A DNA stretch of 34,988 nucleotides from Bdellovibrionota bacterium (GCA_044352465.1 JBILDU010000024.1:1-34988), one strand, 5' to 3'. Numbered from the stretch's first letter, positions 9,686 to 18,883 are shown. Notes: generated by a model from the sequence alone, not told the origin. Made by a program: numbers and translations.

Positions 9686-10765
9686 ATGGACATCACGCAG
9701 TTACTTCAATTTTCACACCAGCAAGAGGCTTCCGACCTCCACATCAGCGCGGGGGAACCGCCGATGCTACGGGTGCATGGCGACATGAAGCGAATTAAGG
9801 TGCCGGCGTTGTCACCGGAAGAGACCGTCAAGATGGTCTACGACGTCATGGGAGATAATCAACGTCGGACCTTCGAGGAACGGAGCGAACTCGACTTTTC
9901 GATGCAACTTGGTGAGCTCGCCCGTTTTCGAGTGAACGTATTTCGACAAAATCGGGGCGTTGGAGCGGTCTTTCGAAAAATCCCCACCACAATCCTGAGC
10001 CTTGAGGAGCTGGGTATGCCCGCGATACTCGCAGATATCTCCCGTCGGGAGAAGGGGTTGGTGTTAGTTACCGGCCCGACTGGCTCGGGAAAATCGACGA
10101 CGCTCGCCGGGATGATCGACCTCATCAATTCAGAGTTAGAGGGCCATATCCTCACTATCGAGGATCCGATTGAATTCGTGCATCGCTCTAAAAAATGTCT
10201 CGTGAATCAGCGCGAGGTCGGTCCACACACCCAGTCTTTTAATAACGCGCTCCGCGCAGCGCTGCGAGAAGATCCCGATATCGTGCTTGTGGGTGAGCTG
10301 CGGGATCTTGAAACAATTCAATTAGCCCTGACCGCTGCTGAGACAGGCCATCTGGTCTTCGGCACCTTACACACCTCGAGTGCTCCGAAAACAGTCGATC
10401 GAGTCATCGATGTGTTTCCGCCGAATCAACAAGCTCAGGTGCGGGCGATGTTTGCCGAGTCCCTCCAGGCTGTCATTACCCAAACCCTTTGCAAAAAGAC
10501 CGGTGGCGGGCGGGTGGCAGCACTCGAGATCATGATCGGGACTACGGCGGTGAAAAATCTCATTCGCGAAGGGAAGATTCATCAGTTGCCGGGAGTCATT
10601 CAAACTTCGCAGAACGTTGGAATGCAAACGTTGGAGATGCATCTCCATGATCTAGTTCAGCGCGGGTTGATTAGCCGACAGGCCGCGATTGAGAAATCGG
10701 GGAACGCGGAGATGTTTCGAGAAGCCGATCAAAGTCTCGCGGCTCCAGGTCGCCAGGGACGTTAA
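9686..10765 (+). CDS. pilT: Type IV pilus retraction ATPase PilT
   Basis: ASDLH, Walker A GPTGSGKSTT, EDPIE Asp box, LREDPD..GELRD, His box GHLVFGTLHT and the AIRNLIRE-like AVKNLIRE. Confidence 0.95.
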   Translation: MDITQLLQFSHQQEASDLHISAGEPPMLRVHGDMKRIKVPALSPEETVKMVYDVMGDNQRRTFEERSELDFSMQLGELARFRVNVFRQNRGVGAVFRKIPTTILSLEELGMPAILADISRREKGLVLVTGPTGSGKSTTLAGMIDLINSELEGHILTIEDPIEFVHRSKKCLVNQREVGPHTQSFNNALRAALREDPDIVLVGELRDLETIQLALTAAETGHLVFGTLHTSSAPKTVDRVIDVFPPNQQAQVRAMFAESLQAVITQTLCKKTGGGRVAALEIMIGTTAVKNLIREGKIHQLPGVIQTSQNVGMQTLEMHLHDLVQRGLISRQAAIEKSGNAEMFREADQSLAAPGRQGR

Positions 10766-10792
10766 GGCATGTCGAGACGATAAGGACCCACT

Positions 10793-11920
10793 ATGCTCGA
10801 TCTGTCCAAACTTCTGGCAGTGATGATCGAACACGATGCCTCCGATCTGTACATCACCGTCGATAGCCCACCGATGTACCGGATTAATGGCGTCGTGCGC
10901 CCGGCGGGTAATCGGTGTCTGCAGTCTGCCGATACGGAGGGTCTTGCCAATAGCTTCATGAATGACAAACAGCAACGGGAGTTCCAAGAGAAACACGAAC
11001 AGAATCTTGCTCTCTACTTCCCCGCGCTCGGTCGTTTTCGGGTGAATATCTTCCGGCAGCGCACCTGTGTCGGGCTTGTCATTCGACAGATTCGCTCGAA
11101 TATTCGCAGCATCGACGATCTGGCGCTTCCGCCGATTCTGAAGGATATCGCCCTCACGAAGCGAGGGTTGGTCCTTGTTGTCGGAGCGACCGGCGCGGGA
11201 AAATCCACGACTCTTGCCGCGCTGATCGATTACCGCAACGAGCAGAGTCCTGGTCATATTATTACGATTGAAGATCCGATCGAATTTATGCATGCGCATA
11301 AAAAATCGATCGTCACTCAGCGCGAGGTGGGGATCGATACGAGTAGCTTTCAGATTGGGCTCAAGAACGCTCTGCGTCAGGCTCCTGATGTTATCCTTGT
11401 GGGTGAAATTCGAGACGCGGAGACGATGGAGGCGGCGATTGCCTTCGCCGAGACCGGTCATCTCTGTTTGGCGACGCTGCACAGCAATAACGCCGATCAG
11501 GCGATGGAACGAATCCTTAATTTCTTCCCAGCGGAACGGCATCCACAGATATACATGCAGCTCAGCCTCAATCTTCGCGCGATCGTGAGCCAACGGCTTT
11601 TGCCGACGGTCGATGGCGGTCGGGTCGCAGCGTTTGAAATGTTGCTCGATAGCCCGCGAGTCAAAGACCTCATTCACAAAGGTCAAACCGCGGATTTGAA
11701 GGAAGCGATGGAGAAGGGAGCTCCTGTTGGTATGGCCACGTTTGATCACTCGCTTTTCGAGCTTTATCGCGGCGGCCGGATCTCACTAGAGGAGGCGCTA
11801 CACAATGCCGACAGTGCGAATAACCTCCGTTTGCGCATCAAGCTTTTCGAGGACGGGCAACAGATGAGTGGTGGCGTCGATCCAAATACTTCAAAACTGC
11901 AAGTGGATCTGGGCTCATAG
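10793..11920 (+). CDS. pilU: Type IV pilus retraction ATPase PilU
   Basis: PilT paralog with GATGAGKSTT, ATLHSNNADQAMERILNFFP and ADSANNLRLRIK, typical of PilU; directly follows pilT. Confidence 0.88.
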   Translation: MLDLSKLLAVMIEHDASDLYITVDSPPMYRINGVVRPAGNRCLQSADTEGLANSFMNDKQQREFQEKHEQNLALYFPALGRFRVNIFRQRTCVGLVIRQIRSNIRSIDDLALPPILKDIALTKRGLVLVVGATGAGKSTTLAALIDYRNEQSPGHIITIEDPIEFMHAHKKSIVTQREVGIDTSSFQIGLKNALRQAPDVILVGEIRDAETMEAAIAFAETGHLCLATLHSNNADQAMERILNFFPAERHPQIYMQLSLNLRAIVSQRLLPTVDGGRVAAFEMLLDSPRVKDLIHKGQTADLKEAMEKGAPVGMATFDHSLFELYRGGRISLEEALHNADSANNLRLRIKLFEDGQQMSGGVDPNTSKLQVDLGS

Positions 11921-12025
11921 GTCCTTGAGGAGAGGCCGATCTACTGCATCATCTGTCGCTGTGGGTCGTGTTCCTTTCCCGAGGGGATTTTCATGTTGGT
12001 TCCAGCGTCGTGGGGCTCTCGGATG

Positions 12026-12098
12026 AGCGCACGCCTCAGGTTCGACTCGACTGAGTTCGCCGAAGTCCCGGCCGAAGTCTGCCCGAAGCGTGGGCGCT
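12026..12098. repeat. REP-like palindromic element with internal direct repeats
   Basis: Imperfect outer inverted repeat (AGCGCACGCCTCAGG ... CCCGAAGCGTGGGCGCT) enclosing TCGACTCGACT and two GCCGAAGTC copies (12059-12067, 12071-12079). Confidence 0.5.
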
Positions 12099-12200
12099 GA
12101 TTGAAGCGATGTGGCGATGCGGCTGGAGGCTTAAAGCGCTGCGTTTTCGACGCCGTGACAACTATTCTGCCACCGCGCGGTTTGTGGTAGGCTGCCCACT

Positions 12201-12659
12201 ATGGATGAAACTACCAAAGCGATTATTGAGAAAATCACGCTCCGCTCGGCGGCCGGGGTTCGCTACAATCTTGCGGCGCTTTCTCCAAATGATCTCGCCC
12301 GAATGGCTGCAGAAGCGATCGGAGACCTCCCCGAGGGAACTTTCGATGTTGTCCTCGGAGTCGCTTATCAAGGTATCGTCTTCGCTGCCGCGGTGGCAGG
12401 TGGTCATCCCGTTGCGATCCTTCAACATGATGGGGCGATTCACGGACCATCTGTGTCTGGTCGGCGGGTGCTTATCGTCGACGATATGTTTACAGGAGAC
12501 GACCGATTGTCTGGCGCGCGTGCCGCGGTCATCGCCGGAGGCGGAACGGTTATCGGCGGGGCGTGCATCGTTGATAGCTCGGAGAGCGGGATGTTCGAGG
12601 GGCGACTGCCGGTTTGGAGCGCCTTCCAAACGAAGGCTATCGCTGAGGAGAAAAGGTAG
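12201..12659 (+). CDS. Short, divergent type I phosphoribosyltransferase (PyrE-like fold)
   Basis: FDVVLGVAYQGIVFA, PRPP-loop-like RVLIVDDMFTG and AGGTVIGGACIVD; lacks the canonical catalytic loop. Confidence 0.7.
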   Translation: MDETTKAIIEKITLRSAAGVRYNLAALSPNDLARMAAEAIGDLPEGTFDVVLGVAYQGIVFAAAVAGGHPVAILQHDGAIHGPSVSGRRVLIVDDMFTGDDRLSGARAAVIAGGGTVIGGACIVDSSESGMFEGRLPVWSAFQTKAIAEEKR

Positions 12660-12670
12660 GATCTTTCAAG

Positions 12671-13228
12671 ATGGAGCAGTTGACCGACAAAGAGGCTAAT
12701 CCGTGGAGGACCGAGGGCACTCGGCTCGTCTACGAGAATCCGTGGATTCGTGTCCGCGAGGATCGGGTTATTACGCCCTCCGGGACGCCGGGTATCTACG
12801 GAGTTGTTGAGGCACGGATAGCCACTGGAGTGGTGGCGCTGGATGACCGGGGATATGTTCAACTCGTGGGGCAATATCGGTATCCGACCGAGGAGTATTC
12901 GTGGGAGATCGTTGAAGGGGGCGCTGAGCCCGGGGAGGATCCTGCACTTGCGATAAGGCGAGAGCTTCGCGAAGAAGCTGGCCTCGAAGCGGCTGAGTGG
13001 GATGTCCTCGGTGGGCCAGTGCATCTGAGCAACTGTTTCTCCTCCGAAGTCGCGCATTTATACATTGCTCGGGGTCTCCGTGAAGTGGAGCGCGCCCCGG
13101 ATGAGACCGAACAGCTCCAATTGCGGCGGGTGCCATTTGCGGAGGCCTTGACTATGGTCGATAGGGGGGAGGTCAAGGACGCCCTCACGATTATCGCCCT
13201 GCTAAGGGCTGCCCGGCGAGGCCTATGA
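12671..13228 (+). CDS. Nudix hydrolase (ADP-ribose pyrophosphatase-like)
   Basis: Complete Nudix box GGAEPGEDPALAIRRELREEAGL, plus QYRYP and GEVKDALT. Confidence 0.92.
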   Translation: MEQLTDKEANPWRTEGTRLVYENPWIRVREDRVITPSGTPGIYGVVEARIATGVVALDDRGYVQLVGQYRYPTEEYSWEIVEGGAEPGEDPALAIRRELREEAGLEAAEWDVLGGPVHLSNCFSSEVAHLYIARGLREVERAPDETEQLQLRRVPFAEALTMVDRGEVKDALTIIALLRAARRGL

Positions 13229-13971
13229 AGCCGGCGATGACTCCGCAGCAGGCTTTTCTGTCGGGCGAGAAGAACTCGGCGCTGGCGGTATATCGTGAGC
13301 TGGCAGTGGGTCAGGCTTCGCTGCCGTTTTTCCTTTGGTATGAGACGGTGAGCTGTCTCAGCGCGAATCTTCCAGGCTTACCTGGATTCGCGTTACGGAG
13401 CCTGTTGTATCCGACGCTGCTGGGTGCCAGTGGGGCCCGGCCGGCGTTTGGGCGTGGTGCTGTCATTCGGAATCCCCGCCGTATTTCCCTCGGTCGGCGA
13501 GTCATGGTTGATGACTATGCGGTGCTTGATGTTCGGGGTGTCGAGGGCCAGCTGACGCTCAGTGATCACGTGAGTATCGGGCGCTTCACCACCGTGGCTG
13601 CCAAAGGGGGAGTAATCTCCATCGGTGCCGGAGCGAATATCGGGTCGTATTGCCGTGTCGCAACCCAATCGAAGGTTGTTATTGGGGAAAGCGTTCTCGT
13701 TGCCGCGTATTGTTATATCGGCCCGGGGAATCATCAAAGCGGCGATGCGGCTACTCCCCTTATCGCTCGGGAGATGGAAAACCGTGGGGGGGTGAACATC
13801 GGGGCCCACGCGTGGATCGGGGCACATTCCACGATTCTGGATGGGGTGACTATCGGCGCCGGAGCGATCGTGGGAGCCCACTCGTTGGTACGTGATGATG
13901 TTCCACCCGGAGCTGTGGTCGCGGGGGCGCCGGCTCGAATCATTCGTTGTCCCGAGCCCGTCGCTTTGTAG
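13225..13971 (+). CDS. Hexapeptide-repeat (left-handed beta-helix) acyltransferase
   Basis: Repeated [IV]GxxxxIG units, GPGNH and C-terminal DDVPPGAVVAGAPARII; ATGA overlap with the Nudix gene. Confidence 0.88.
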   Translation: MKPAMTPQQAFLSGEKNSALAVYRELAVGQASLPFFLWYETVSCLSANLPGLPGFALRSLLYPTLLGASGARPAFGRGAVIRNPRRISLGRRVMVDDYAVLDVRGVEGQLTLSDHVSIGRFTTVAAKGGVISIGAGANIGSYCRVATQSKVVIGESVLVAAYCYIGPGNHQSGDAATPLIAREMENRGGVNIGAHAWIGAHSTILDGVTIGAGAIVGAHSLVRDDVPPGAVVAGAPARIIRCPEPVAL

Positions 13972-13996
13972 GTTTGTGCTCCGCGCGAAATTCCCT

Positions 13997-14020
13997 CGGC
14001 CTTGACCGTAGGCAAGGCCG
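13997..14020 (+). terminator. GC-rich hairpin after the acyltransferase
   Basis: CGGCCTTG-accgtagg-CAAGGCCG; no U-tract. Confidence 0.35.
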
Positions 14021-14260
14021 CAGTCAAAACGTAGGGGCTTCGCCGGGCAGAGCTTCAAGAGCAATGTTACGGAATTCTAACACAAATAGCTTTGACTCAG
14101 CGGTGAGGGCGCTCTAGAACTTCACCAACGGAGCGCCTCGATCGCTATGTGGTAGTTGCGTTCGAGTGATGATCATGAGCGCAGCGGTGATAAGAAATGT
14201 CATCTCCGGGCGAGTGAACTTGTCTCCGGTCAATGTCATGACACGATAAGGAATAAATTT

Positions 14261-15478
14261 ATGCGGCGACTATCGGTGATTGCGGCGTTAGCCTGCCTTT
14301 TCCCCGCAGTGGGGCAAGCCACGACGTTGGAGGACCTCTTGGTCGAAAAGGGGGTGCTTTCGCGCGGGGAGGCCACTGCGGCCCACGCAGCGGGTGCTTC
14401 GAAGATCTACTGGAAGAAGGGTACCCGAATCGAGTTTCCTGATAGTGGCTTTACGGTGGGTATCACCTCGTTTCTCCAGACACGCTACACTTTTACCGAT
14501 AACGACGCCGATTCCGGCAAGGTGAATACCTCGAGTTTCTCGGTCAAACGCGCACGACTCATCGTCTCTGGCACGGCGCTCAACGAGGAGTTCGCCTATA
14601 AGTTAGAGGGAGATTTCGTCGGGGGTAAAGGCTCCGATGGCGCTGCCTCAGCCAACATGAAGGATGGCTATCTTGAGTGGAACGCCTGTGATTGGGCAGG
14701 GGTGCGGCTCGGCCAATTTAAGACGAATCTCGGGCGGCAACACCTCAACTCGGATACCGCGCTGCAGTTCGCGGATCGGTCGGTGGTGAGTGATTACTTC
14801 ACCCTCGATCGTCAAAACGGGGCCATGGCGACCTCGAAGCTTATGGGCGACGAGCTCGTGATGACCGCCGGTATTTTTAACGGAGAGAGCGACGGTGAGT
14901 CTGGCCCGAATAAGTCGGGAGTTGATACGAACCACACTGGGATCGTGTCACTCCGGTGGAATCCTCTCGCCAAGATAAATGCCTATGAAGAGGGGGATGT
15001 CGATTGGAGCGAAGAGATGGCGCTCTCCTTCGGAGCTTCCTATGGGTTCGCCGACTCCAAGAATGAGATCGGTGGCGCACTTGAGGGGGTAACTCAAAAC
15101 ATTGTGGCTGTTGATGCGAACATGAAATACCTCGGTTGGAGCGTCCATGCCGAGCTCTTTAATAATAACGCTGAAGCAGACGATGTGGATGTAGAGTCGG
15201 ATCCCTCGGGTTTCTACGCCCAGGTCGGCTACTTCTTTGACCCGAAGACCATGGAGGTTGCGGCCCGATATAGCTACCTCGACTGTGATAACGGAGCTGC
15301 GGGTGGTGACTGCTCGGGCAACGATAGCCTCGATGAGGTTACGGTCGGCTTAAACTACTATTGGTGGAAGCACCATCTGAAGGCGCAATTGAACTACGTG
15401 CGTCTGGCTGAGGATGCGGTCGCTGGGGAGGACCTGACGACCAATCGTTGGCTCGTCCAGCTATCGGCGACGTTTTAA
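14261..15478 (+). CDS. Outer-membrane porin, OprO/OprP (phosphate-selective)-like
   Basis: AAGGAA SD and ATG 14261 (preferred over TTG 14156); signal peptide; FSVKRARL, RLGQFK and LQFADRS motifs; VGLNYY; terminal Phe (QLSATF). Confidence 0.8.
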   Translation: MRRLSVIAALACLFPAVGQATTLEDLLVEKGVLSRGEATAAHAAGASKIYWKKGTRIEFPDSGFTVGITSFLQTRYTFTDNDADSGKVNTSSFSVKRARLIVSGTALNEEFAYKLEGDFVGGKGSDGAASANMKDGYLEWNACDWAGVRLGQFKTNLGRQHLNSDTALQFADRSVVSDYFTLDRQNGAMATSKLMGDELVMTAGIFNGESDGESGPNKSGVDTNHTGIVSLRWNPLAKINAYEEGDVDWSEEMALSFGASYGFADSKNEIGGALEGVTQNIVAVDANMKYLGWSVHAELFNNNAEADDVDVESDPSGFYAQVGYFFDPKTMEVAARYSYLDCDNGAAGGDCSGNDSLDEVTVGLNYYWWKHHLKAQLNYVRLAEDAVAGEDLTTNRWLVQLSATF

Positions 15479-15682
15479 GGGCACCTCCCCGAATAGACCC
15501 GTCGCGAGAAGGTGGAGCTTGGCAAAAATGCAAGGAAGGCAGCGGAGCGAGAGCAGAGGAGGCCTCTTTGGCCGGCGAGCGCTCGCGAAAAGGTTAACGT
15601 CGCAGATTCGCCGAGTTTCGCTTTCGTCGTAGGGGATATTTTGTCTGGGTCGCTACGGTAATTTCGATGCATGTAGTTTGAG

Positions 15683-15711
15683 AAGGGGGGGCATCTGCCC
15701 CCCCTTTTTTT
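15683..15711 (+). terminator. Intrinsic (Rho-independent) terminator
   Basis: AAGGGGGGGCA-tc-TGCCCCCCCTT followed by a T-run. Confidence 0.85.
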
Positions 15712-15908
15712 GTTTCAATCAGTCGAAGCAGCTCCCCGGCAGGGTTCCAAGGCATGTTTTTTGGAGGAGGCGTCACGATCTGCCGGCGGTCTCAGGCATA
15801 GTCTTCGCAGTGATAGGACTTTACCGAAGAGGGAGGGGGCGGTAGCCTGTCGGGTCAGTACTTCGACCGAAGGAATTTTTCAGTCGGAGTGCGCGATGGC
15901 GAGGCACC

Positions 15909-16934
15909 ATGGGGACGGTAAAAGAATTTCCGAATAAGGGGGCGCGCAGAGGGCTGGAGCGTGCTCTTCAGGCGCTGGGTGGTCTCGTCACCAGTCGAAC
16001 ACTTCCCCATGTGGTTGCGAGTGGCGCGCTCCTCTTGCTACTGGGGGTGAGCCTCCTCTTGTGGATCGAGATGAAGAAGCGATTTCCGGCGATCGAGCCG
16101 GCGAGCTATTACGGAACCATCGAGGGGATCTTTGCCTCGGTTGATGGCTCGCCGAGTCGCTTTTATATTGAGCGCCAGCCCGGCAGTGATGAGATGATCG
16201 GGGTGGTGGTGCGAGCAGGGTGGTTGCCGCAAGTCGTCTCCGTGGTGACCCGCAGCGGTCGATCCGGCGGAGATGAATGGATACTCCCCCTCACCATTAA
16301 TGGTCCTGATGGCACGTTGAGTCTCATTGGAACGCGGGCTGGTCCGGGAGAGTATGTCGGTAGAGCGGTGAACAGCGACACCGGTCGGGAGGGCTCGTGG
16401 CAGCTGGCGAAGATCGACGATATGGCTCCCGTGGCCCAGCGAGATGAGCGGGAGTTGACCCTATGGCTTTCGCTGCGCTACGAGCTCCTCGAAGTGCGTG
16501 AGCAGATAGCTGGTTTGGAGAAGCAGGTTCCCGCTCAGAAAGCAGAGATCGATAAGCTTTCCGCGTTTATCTCTGAAGGTACCCGTCTTCGTTCGAGTGC
16601 TGATGAGAAGTTTCTCAAGGTTAAAGAGCAGCTTCGCGAGGCGCAGCTCGAGCTGAAGCAGCGCCAAGAGGAGGCACGGAAACTTGAGGCACAGCTTGAT
16701 TTGGCGCAGCGCTTTACCGGGATGGGACGGTTAGTGTCTCTCGCGCGCGAGTCTCTCGAGCGCGAGGGGCGGTGGATCGACTCGATGCTGCGGGGGGATG
16801 TTGTCTCAACGCAAAGTGAGATTGAACGCGCTGTGGCTCGAGCTGAGGCGGTCGCTCGAGTAAAGCGCGAGATCCAAAAGCTTCAGCGGGGAACGACCGC
16901 GCCCCAAAGCGGTCCCGCACAGGAGGATTCATGA
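15909..16934 (+). CDS. Hypothetical bitopic membrane protein with beta-rich domain and long coiled coil
   Basis: One hydrophobic helix (VVASGALLLLLGVSLLLWI), a Gly/beta-rich middle and a heptad-rich E/K/Q/L C-terminal half. Confidence 0.8.
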   Translation: MGTVKEFPNKGARRGLERALQALGGLVTSRTLPHVVASGALLLLLGVSLLLWIEMKKRFPAIEPASYYGTIEGIFASVDGSPSRFYIERQPGSDEMIGVVVRAGWLPQVVSVVTRSGRSGGDEWILPLTINGPDGTLSLIGTRAGPGEYVGRAVNSDTGREGSWQLAKIDDMAPVAQRDERELTLWLSLRYELLEVREQIAGLEKQVPAQKAEIDKLSAFISEGTRLRSSADEKFLKVKEQLREAQLELKQRQEEARKLEAQLDLAQRFTGMGRLVSLARESLEREGRWIDSMLRGDVVSTQSEIERAVARAEAVARVKREIQKLQRGTTAPQSGPAQEDS

Positions 16935-17815
16935 GGCGCATCGGCCGTGGGTTTGTGAGCGGTATTATCTCTGTCGCTGTGTCTTTCGCGCTATCCTGTG
17001 CCGTGGCAGTGAGAGCTGAGGCCACCGAAATTTTTATCGATCAGGTCCGTCGCCTGGCCTTTCCCCCGACTGAAGCATTCTTCCTCGTCAGTTTCAGCGA
17101 CGTTCGAGTAGTCAGGGTGGCTGCAACCCTTGTGCAGCTTGGGGGAAAAAACGGGGATGATGCCCTGAACTCTGTCGTGGGTGCAGTCGCCCGAATCCAG
17201 ATTCCGGACGAGATCCCTCATCTGACCTATAGCGCGGTTTTTCTTGGTACCGGCAGTCGGCTCGAGTTCGTGGCGCCCGTCAGGGTGAATCTTCATGACG
17301 CCAGCCAAAGGGAGGTCTCGGTCGATACGATACGCGAGGAGCTTCTTCAGCATAAAGCGGTTCTCGGAAGTTGGCGGATGCAGGTACAAGCACAAGAGGA
17401 GAGCCTGAAGCGACTGCGCTCCGACGCAGAGATTCTCGGTGATTTTGGGCGAATTATCGATAAGCGAGAGGAGCTTGATCGAGCCAAAAGCGATTTAGCC
17501 AACGTCGAGCGTGATATTGAAAATCTAACTCGTTTCGTGAAGCTCGCGAAGACACGGCCCGCACCGGCGAATCAGGTGGGACGAGAGGCACAGCTCGTCA
17601 AACAGCTTTCCGAGATTACCCAAGTAAGTCATGCGGTCGAACTCACCGAGATTCGCCGCCGTTCCGCAGCTGAGGCGGACTTGCAGAGGAAGCTCGCTCT
17701 TATTGAAGCGACCCGGCAAGAGGATTTGGCGGGTCTCACGAGTGAACTTGAGCGATTAAAGCGCGCTCCACGACCCGCGCCATCAAACTCTACATCCGCG
17801 GAGAATGCTGAGTGA
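16931..17815 (+). CDS. Hypothetical exported coiled-coil protein
   Basis: Signal-peptide-like N-terminus ending AVRAEA, a beta-rich domain and a coiled-coil C-terminus; ATGA overlap with the upstream gene. Confidence 0.8.
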   Translation: MRRIGRGFVSGIISVAVSFALSCAVAVRAEATEIFIDQVRRLAFPPTEAFFLVSFSDVRVVRVAATLVQLGGKNGDDALNSVVGAVARIQIPDEIPHLTYSAVFLGTGSRLEFVAPVRVNLHDASQREVSVDTIREELLQHKAVLGSWRMQVQAQEESLKRLRSDAEILGDFGRIIDKREELDRAKSDLANVERDIENLTRFVKLAKTRPAPANQVGREAQLVKQLSEITQVSHAVELTEIRRRSAAEADLQRKLALIEATRQEDLAGLTSELERLKRAPRPAPSNSTSAENAE

Positions 17816-18096
17816 CCGAAACGCAGCCGAACCTTGAGCTCCGCGAGCTCGATTCATTTGCTGACGGCATCGTGCGGCGAGGTCTGACGGTTCCGGCTAT
17901 TTTTCTTTTGGAGTTACACAAACCTCTCACCGGTATCGGACACCTTGTTGCTGAGGCGTTTGATCCGCTGACGCGGTGTCTTCTTGGTTCCGAGCGGGCG
18001 GCGACTGTGTTAAAACTGTTGGAATCTCGAGCTCATGTAGAGTACGTCCTGACTCGCCTCGAAATGACGGCACGGAGTAATCCCCATGGGGGTTGA
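17812..18096 (+). CDS. Small hypothetical protein (GLTVPAIFLLELHKPL)
   Basis: GTGA overlap with the upstream stop; amphipathic 94 aa; overlaps the next gene. Confidence 0.75.
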   Translation: MTETQPNLELRELDSFADGIVRRGLTVPAIFLLELHKPLTGIGHLVAEAFDPLTRCLLGSERAATVLKLLESRAHVEYVLTRLEMTARSNPHGG

Positions 18097-18883
18097 ACAC
18101 GCCACGCTTGGAATTTTGGTATTGACCCTCGGCATGGTCGTGCCGGTGCTCTATTTTATTCGCCAGGCGCGCCATCGCCCCGACATGTACGTACGCCGTA
18201 TTCCCGGTGTCGATGCCATCGACGAAGCAATCGGCCGTTCGGCTGAGCTCGGACGACCGGTGGTTTTTTCGACGGGTCTCGCCGCGGTAGGTCCGGTGCT
18301 CTATGCCTGCTTAGGGGTGGTCTACTACGTCGCGCGGAAAGTTGCTCGGTATAAGACGAAGCTTCTTCTGCCGCAGAATAATCCTGAGGTCATGGCGATT
18401 ACCGAAGATGTAGTGCGCGATGCCTATCGAGCTGAGGGGCGGGGAGCCGCGTTTGACCCGGGAACGATTACGTTCCTGTCGGACGAGCAGTTCGCCTTCG
18501 CCGCTGGGTACATCGGTCTTGTGCAGCGAGAGCGGGTGGCGACGGCGTTTCTCTTCGGCTCATTCGCGGCCGAATCGCTCGTTCTTGCGGAGGCGGGACA
18601 GCAGGTTGGGGCGATGCAGGTCGCCGCGAGTGTGAGTCCGGAGCAGGTCGCCTTCTTTATCTGCGCGTGTGACTATACCCTTATCGGGGAGGAGCTCTTC
18701 GCTGCGTCAGCATACCTCACCCGTGAGGAGGTGCAGCTCGGCAGTCTCTACGGGCAAGATCGGGCCAAGCTCATGATTCTTGCCCTGATACTCCTCGGTG
18801 TCGTCATCGCGACGATTAATTCGATTTTCCCAGAGTTGGCTATTCCGAATATCGACCACTTCATTTTATACGAGGTATGGTGA
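18086..18883 (+). CDS. DUF6754-like membrane protein (TM - alpha/beta domain - TM)
   Basis: RRIPGVDAIDEAIGRSAELGRPV, GSFAAESLVLAEAG and CDYTLIGEELFAASAYL resemble DUF6754 as recalled; terminal TM helices. Confidence 0.7.
   Translation: MGVEHATLGILVLTLGMVVPVLYFIRQARHRPDMYVRRIPGVDAIDEAIGRSAELGRPVVFSTGLAAVGPVLYACLGVVYYVARKVARYKTKLLLPQNNPEVMAITEDVVRDAYRAEGRGAAFDPGTITFLSDEQFAFAAGYIGLVQRERVATAFLFGSFAAESLVLAEAGQQVGAMQVAASVSPEQVAFFICACDYTLIGEELFAASAYLTREEVQLGSLYGQDRAKLMILALILLGVVIATINSIFPELAIPNIDHFILYEVW

Noticed and set aside
10652..11749. 365-aa antisense ORF, and similar long shadow ORFs (12440-13057, 13393-14064, 22625-23335, 24298-25059, 25267-26052, 28690-29397, 30180-30812)
   Set aside because: They lie opposite well-supported genes, have no recognisable motifs, and are expected in GC-rich DNA.
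14156..14260. N-terminal extension of the porin from TTG 14156
   Set aside because: The SD and signal peptide fit ATG 14261; the extension would mask the signal peptide.
14261..15478. Porin as the outer-membrane component of the nine-gene system
   Set aside because: Separated by a strong intrinsic terminator and 430 nt; no evidence for linkage beyond adjacency.
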